Shown here one piece after another: positions 8,049 to 13,608 of a DNA stretch of 13,608 nucleotides. Numbering within the stretch: the first letter of the stretch is position 1; each line of letters starts with the position of its first letter. The stretch lies in contig JBFMGU010000280.1 of assembly GCA_040752415.1 (NCBI GenBank), forward strand, positions 1 through 13,608, read 5' to 3'. This DNA is from Myxococcota bacterium (GTDB lineage Bacteria; Myxococcota; JACRCW01). The notes under the pieces are model-generated. The model worked only from the letters and a program-made list of their open reading frames with translations, was not told the origin of the DNA and ran no database searches. The position numbers and the translations under genes were made by a program.

Positions 8049-8719
8049 CAGGGTGCCGCGTTGTCCTTGGGCGCGGGCGTGGTGAACTTGATCGACTCCA
8101 TCATCGCGCGAATGGCGGCGTCGAGCGCGGGCTTGTCGTCCTCCAACATCATGGCGGTCACCGTGATTCCCGCACCGCCGTCGACGAAGATGCGCGCCAC
8201 CTGGTGCAGCGGCGTCCCGCCTCCCGCCGCCGTGGGCACGTTCATGCTGTCGCGCAGCGAGAAGCCGGGGCGTCCGTCGCGCTCAACGCGCTCCGTCTCC
8301 AGGTGCGTGACCTTGGTGCCCGCCTGCTTGCTCTGCTCCGTGCGCAATGCGCTCAGGTACTGGCTCGCGGTGGTTCCCTTGGGCAGTCGACGATCCACGG
8401 TGACGAGCAGGAACGGATCCACGCGCCCCGTCGGAGAGGGGATGCTCGCGCGCCAGACCTCCACGGTCTCCGCAAGGTCGATCATGCCCGGCGTGGGCGT
8501 GTCCGGCAGCGGTGTGTCCGCGCCGTCGAGTCGCTCCGGAATCCAGCCGCGTGCCAGGCGCAACGTGGCGTTGGTCAGGGGAATCTTCTGTGGCGCCCCC
8601 ACGGACACGCCGCTCTTCACGCCGGCATCCGTCGACGACGTGGCGGGTTCCTTCTTGCAGGCGGACAGCGCGAGTGCCGCGCCCACGCTCAAGCCCAGCA
8701 GCCAGCGGTGGAGCCTCAT
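8048..8719 (-). CDS. Lipoprotein, 223 aa, possibly PsbP/Mog1p/DcrB-like fold
   Basis: Start ATG 8719 with GGAGG upstream; signal MRLHRWLLGLSVGAALALSA|C (lipobox LSAC); C-terminal ITVTAM...AAIRAMMESIKF pattern; stop overlaps the next start (TGATG, 8046-8050). Confidence 0.85.
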   Translation of the reverse strand: MRLHRWLLGLSVGAALALSACKKEPATSSTDAGVKSGVSVGAPQKIPLTNATLRLARGWIPERLDGADTPLPDTPTPGMIDLAETVEVWRASIPSPTGRVDPFLLVTVDRRLPKGTTASQYLSALRTEQSKQAGTKVTHLETERVERDGRPGFSLRDSMNVPTAAGGGTPLHQVARIFVDGGAGITVTAMMLEDDKPALDAAIRAMMESIKFTTPAPKDNAAP

Positions 8720-8765
8720 GACCGGACCTCCCGTCTCCCTGCCCTTCTCCCACGCACCCAACCCC

Positions 8766-8794
8766 TGTCCAGAGGCGGCCGGTGTTGCTAGGCA
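8766..8794 (+). promoter_or_regulatory. Candidate promoter for the EIIC gene
   Basis: TGTCCA (8766-8771), 17-nt spacer, TGc-TAGGCA (8789-8794), 9 nt before ATG 8804. Confidence 0.45.
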
Positions 8795-8803
8795 GTGCCC
8801 GTC

Positions 8804-10114
8804 ATGACCCTGGAATCGTCGCCCCGGCCTGCCGCCGGCTCCCTGGCCTTGCAGAGGCTGGTGGATCGTCTCAGCCAGTCGGCCTACCTGCTGGCCGTCC
8901 GCGACGGCGTGGTGGGCGCGCTCCCGCTGATCCTCGTCGCCAGCGCGTTCCTGCTGATTGCGCAGCCGCCCATTCCCAGCCTGCAGCCGCTGGTGGATCC
9001 GTACCTTTCCACCATCCTGCTTCCCTTCAAGATGCTCACCAAGGTCATTGCGCTCTACGTGGCCTTTGGCGTGGGCCATTCGCTGGCCAAGCGCTACGGC
9101 ACGGACCCGCTGGCGGGCGGCCTGCTGGCCGTGGCGTGCCTGCTGGTGAGCACCAACCCCATGGCCCTGGCCCCCGACGCCACGACGGGAAAACCGCCTC
9201 CCGGCTTTGGCCTGCACAGTGAGCCCGTGGGCCCGGCCGGCATCTTCCCCGCGCTGGTGCTGGCCATCTTTGCCGTCGAGGTGCAGCGCTTCATGGTGCA
9301 GAAGAAGCTGGTCATCCGTCTGCCCGGCGGCGCGCCGGAGCCCATCATCCAGAGCTTCATTGCGCTCCTGCCCGCGCTGGTGAGCGTCACCATTGTCTGG
9401 CTCGTCGTGCACGTGGCGGGGTTTGACCTCCATGGCGTCGTCACCATGCTGGCGCGACCGCTGGTGAAGGCCGGCGACAGCTACCTCGGCATGATCGGCA
9501 TCGTCCTCATTGACAGCGTGTTCTGGCTCATGGGCGTGCATCCTTCCGCCGTCCTCAGCGTGGCCAAACCGGTGTGGTTCCAGATGCTGGGCGAGAACCA
9601 GATTGCCGCCACCGCGGGCGCGCCCCTCCCCCACATTGCGCCGCGTGAGACGTACCTCGCGTTCATCTGGTTCGGCGGCAGCGGCGGGACGCTGGTCCTC
9701 CCGTTCCTGATGTGGCGCGCCAAGAGCGCGGTGCTGCGGACCGTGGGGCGCGCGGCGGCGGTTCCGTCGCTGTTCAACATCAATGAGCCCATCCTCTTCG
9801 GCGTGCCCATCGTCATGAACCGCGCGCTGGCGGTGCCCTTTGTGCTGGCGCCGGTGGTGAGCGTGACGCTGACGTATTTCGCGTTCTCGTTGAACCTGGT
9901 GGACCGCCCGCGCCTGGACTTCCCGTGGACGCTGCCCGCGCCGGTATGCGCCTGGCTCACCACCCGTGGCGACCCGCGCGCGCTCATCCTGCTGACGCTC
10001 AACATCCTCTCCAGCGCCCTCATCTTCTGGCCCTACGTCCGACGCTACGACCGGGAGCTGGCGGAGAAGGAGCAACGCACCCGGGCCGCGGAAACGCAGG
10101 CGCCGGCGGCGTGA
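8804..10114 (+). CDS. PTS EIIC permease, lactose/cellobiose/diacetylchitobiose family (CelB/ChbC-like)
   Basis: LLAVRDG...LPLILVAS, IRLPGGAPEPIIQSFIALLP, FWLMGVH, GGSGGTL, PSLFNINEPILFGVPIVMN, PWTLPAP, FWPYVRRYDR. ATG 8804 is preferred to GTG 8795 on promoter spacing. Confidence 0.95.
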   Translation: MTLESSPRPAAGSLALQRLVDRLSQSAYLLAVRDGVVGALPLILVASAFLLIAQPPIPSLQPLVDPYLSTILLPFKMLTKVIALYVAFGVGHSLAKRYGTDPLAGGLLAVACLLVSTNPMALAPDATTGKPPPGFGLHSEPVGPAGIFPALVLAIFAVEVQRFMVQKKLVIRLPGGAPEPIIQSFIALLPALVSVTIVWLVVHVAGFDLHGVVTMLARPLVKAGDSYLGMIGIVLIDSVFWLMGVHPSAVLSVAKPVWFQMLGENQIAATAGAPLPHIAPRETYLAFIWFGGSGGTLVLPFLMWRAKSAVLRTVGRAAAVPSLFNINEPILFGVPIVMNRALAVPFVLAPVVSVTLTYFAFSLNLVDRPRLDFPWTLPAPVCAWLTTRGDPRALILLTLNILSSALIFWPYVRRYDRELAEKEQRTRAAETQAPAA

Positions 10115-10122
10115 GTACGTCG

Positions 10123-10151
10123 TTTCCCAAACTGGCGCGGAGTGCTAGGCA
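10123..10151 (+). promoter_or_regulatory. Candidate promoter for eno
   Basis: TTTCCC/TTCCCA (10123-10129) and TGc-TAGGCA (10146-10151); the same TGCTAGGCAGT 11-mer precedes the EIIC gene. Confidence 0.45.
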
Positions 10152-10270
10152 GTCGCGCCCCGAGGCGGCAGGGAAGCCACGGCGCTCCAACCGCTGAGTG
10201 GCGGCACCGTCCCGGCGGTTCTGGGAAGCGTCCGGGCCCACCAACGTGTTTGTGTAGTCCCCCCAACTGA

Positions 10271-11584
<1,314 letters not shown>

Positions 11585-11593
11585 AGCACACGG

Positions 11594-12277
11594 ATGTCCC
11601 GCTCCCTGACGTCGTCACGCCCAACCAGCCTGCGCCTCATCCCGGGGCTGGTTGCGGCGTGCCTTGCGCTCTCCCTGCCCACGGCGGCGCACGCGTACTC
11701 CTTCCGCGCCACCTCCACGCTGGTCTCCGTGCAGACCGGGCCACGCGCCAACGTCATGCGGCTGGACAAGGGGACACGTCGCACGCCCGCCAGCGCCATG
11801 GAGCTCGGCGTCTCCGTCGAGACGGTGCTCTACGCGCCGCAGCACCTGCCGCACCGTTGGTCGCTGGTGTTGTCGGTGTGGCCGGATCTGCAGGGCACCT
11901 GGGACGCCCCCACCACCGGCCGGCGACCGGGCGGCTCCAACCCGCTGCCGGATCCCGGCGTGCTGAAGGACCTGGCGCTGGGGGTCGGGGGCAGCGCGGA
12001 GGTCCGCTACCGGTGGGAGACGGGCATGACGTTGATCCCGTACGTCCAGGCCGGCCTGTTCACCCGCGCCCACAAGCCCCTGGGCGTGCCCCCGCCCCAC
12101 CTGAACCTGGGCGTCCGCGCCGGCGGCGGGCTCGAGTATTTCCCGCTGCATCGCGTGGGCCTGTTTGCCGGTTTCCACCTTCAGGGCGGCCCGTTGCTGT
12201 TCCCCGTCACCTCCCTGGTTCCGCAGCCGGAGCTTGCCGCGGAAGGCCTGGTGGGCGTGACGGTCCGCGTCTTCTGA
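11594..12277 (+). CDS. Putative small outer-membrane beta-barrel protein
   Basis: Signal peptide ending AHA|Y; amphipathic strands (EVRYRW, IPYVQAGL, LGVRAGGGLEYF, VGLFAGF); C-terminal beta-signal GVTVRVF. Confidence 0.8.
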   Translation: MSRSLTSSRPTSLRLIPGLVAACLALSLPTAAHAYSFRATSTLVSVQTGPRANVMRLDKGTRRTPASAMELGVSVETVLYAPQHLPHRWSLVLSVWPDLQGTWDAPTTGRRPGGSNPLPDPGVLKDLALGVGGSAEVRYRWETGMTLIPYVQAGLFTRAHKPLGVPPPHLNLGVRAGGGLEYFPLHRVGLFAGFHLQGGPLLFPVTSLVPQPELAAEGLVGVTVRVF

Positions 12278-12332
12278 CCCCTGGTCCCTCCCACGCCTCG
12301 GCCCGGGCGCCAAAGATCTGAGTCCCTGACGC

Positions 12333-12362
12333 TTGCGCCCGCGCTTGGCTTGGCCTTAGGGT
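12333..12362 (+). promoter_or_regulatory. Candidate sigma70-like promoter for the second beta-barrel gene
   Basis: TTGCGC (12333-12338), 18-nt spacer, TAGGGT (12357-12362). Confidence 0.5.
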
Positions 12363-12426
12363 CCGCCGCCTCGTCATGGGGCGCCCTCGTCGCGTCGGCG
12401 CTTCCCCTTCGCTTGCAGGAGAACCG

Positions 12427-13443
12427 GTGAACCGCAACAGCCGCGTCCTTCTCTCCACGTGCATGCTGCTCCTCGGCGCGCTTGCGCTGCCCAGCGTGGC
12501 GCGCGCGGAGCAGAAGCGTCTCCCGGTGGTCGACAAGAAGCTCTATCCCCTGTCCCTGAGTCCGGAATTCGGAATCATGGCGGAGACCAGCCTCGCGGAC
12601 CGCTACACCACCCACTCCGGCCTCAGGCTCAGCGGCGTGTTCCACGTCTTTGACATGCTCGCCTTCGAAGCGCACGGCGGATACCTGTTCGGGTCCGAGA
12701 GCTCCATCATGGAGACGCTGCGCGCCAAGCGGCAGAGCAAGGGCAAGCGTGAGGTGGCGCTCCCCGGCCTGCAGCAGCTCACCTACCACGGCGGCTTCGA
12801 CGTCCAGTTCTCGCCCATCTACGGCAAGCTCAGCTTCGTCAGTGAGTTCGAGACCACGTTCCACGTCTATGGCATTGCCGGCCTGGGCTTCGCGGGCACG
12901 CGCACCGTCACCGACGCCACCAATGACAAGGGCTGCCCCTCCGGCGGCATCATTCCGCAGACGCCTTCCGCGGGCTTGGCGGGCTGCGCGCAGTTCTACG
13001 CCGGCCCCGCGCCGGTCCTCGGCATCACCGGCATCTCTCCCGGCGGCAATGACATCCTGGGCCCGGGTGAGTACCAGATCCTCCCGCTGGCCATTCCCGC
13101 GGAGTACGGCCTGGGCCTCCGCCTGCAGGGCGTGCCCCCGCCGCTGAAGCTGCTGGGCCTGAACCTGGCCATCCCCAACGACATCGGTCGCTGGTTCACG
13201 CTGCGCCTGGAGATTCGCAACCACCACTGGCTCGGCATCAACAACCAGATGAACCTGAACGTCGTCGAGGACCCGGAGGATGACGCGGCCTGCTCGTATG
13301 GCTACCGCCTGTCCAATCCGCCGCTGGACAACACGTTGAACACGTTCGCGGCGGGCACGGTGGTCTGCTACCCCAACGTCCACACCGTGACGACGGTGCG
13401 GGCTGGCCTGGCCTTCATCATCCCCGTCAACTCGTTCCTCTGA
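12427..13443 (+). CDS. Outer-membrane beta-barrel, myxobacterial TIGR04565-like (GltA/GltB-like), 338 aa
   Basis: GTG 12427 with AGGAG 5 nt upstream; signal peptide ending ARA|E; VVDKKLYP, SLADRYT, family-typical VQFSPIYGKLS...FHVYGIAGLG, WFTLRLEIRN, VRAGLAFIIP. Confidence 0.8.
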   Translation: MNRNSRVLLSTCMLLLGALALPSVARAEQKRLPVVDKKLYPLSLSPEFGIMAETSLADRYTTHSGLRLSGVFHVFDMLAFEAHGGYLFGSESSIMETLRAKRQSKGKREVALPGLQQLTYHGGFDVQFSPIYGKLSFVSEFETTFHVYGIAGLGFAGTRTVTDATNDKGCPSGGIIPQTPSAGLAGCAQFYAGPAPVLGITGISPGGNDILGPGEYQILPLAIPAEYGLGLRLQGVPPPLKLLGLNLAIPNDIGRWFTLRLEIRNHHWLGINNQMNLNVVEDPEDDAACSYGYRLSNPPLDNTLNTFAAGTVVCYPNVHTVTTVRAGLAFIIPVNSFL

Positions 13444-13450
13444 GCTCAAG

Positions 13451-13487
13451 GGCGGCGCGCAGACGGCACCCATGCCGCGCGGCCGCC
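13451..13487 (+). other. Intergenic GC-rich stem-loop
   Basis: GGCGGCGCGC...GCGCGGCCGCC outer stem with inner GGCA-ccca-TGCC; no adjacent U tract. Confidence 0.35.
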
Positions 13488-13515
13488 ACGCCTTTCATCC
13501 TGGGAGCAGTGGTCC

Positions 13516-13608
13516 ATGACCCTCTCAAAGCGTCTCACCCGTGCCCTGTTGGCCCTCTGCCTTGGCGCATCCCCCGCCCTGGCGCAGGAGGAAGACGTCC
13601 CGCCCCCG
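13516..13608 (+). CDS. N-terminus of an exported protein (truncated by the window edge)
   Basis: GGGAG SD at 13502-13506; MTLSKRLTRALLALCLGASPALA|QEEDVPPP, a Sec signal with ALA cleavage site. Confidence 0.8.
   Translation, partial: MTLSKRLTRALLALCLGASPALAQEEDVPPP

Noticed and set aside
8048..10075. 675-aa - strand ORF as one protein
   Set aside because: The first ~450 aa are the antisense shadow of the EIIC gene; the real gene starts at 8719 with an SD and lipoprotein signal.
12376..12426. ATG 12376 as start of the second barrel
   Set aside because: GTG 12427 has an AGGAG SD and gives a canonical signal peptide; the upstream start is not strictly excluded.
11615..13473. - strand ORFs 11615-12313 and 12181-13473
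   Set aside because: Shadows of the two beta-barrel genes.

Overview
GC-rich bacterial window, probably Myxococcota (inferred from a PEGA-containing Ser/Thr kinase-like protein and a myxobacterial-type beta-barrel). In order: a membrane-anchored pseudokinase with PEGA domains (- strand, runs off the left edge, missing from the ORF track); a GT4 glycosyltransferase; a small CxxC-x37-CxxC zinc-ribbon protein; an acyl-CoA carboxylase carboxyltransferase; a ~0.9 kb scar in which a 5'-truncated AAA_14/DUF4143-type gene and an 11-bp inverted repeat lie between 46-bp direct repeats copying the 3' end of the next gene; a lipoprotein translationally coupled to a GT-C-like membrane protein; a stand-alone lactose/cellobiose-family PTS EIIC; enolase; two outer-membrane beta-barrels (the second GltA/GltB-like); and the start of an exported protein. 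No RNA genes, CRISPR array or transposase were seen. I cannot demonstrate a complete new system here. The best leads are the orphan EIIC beside eno, the repeat-bounded DUF4143 remnant and the pseudokinase with FG-containing linker repeats. Family assignments come from motif recognition by eye, not database searches.
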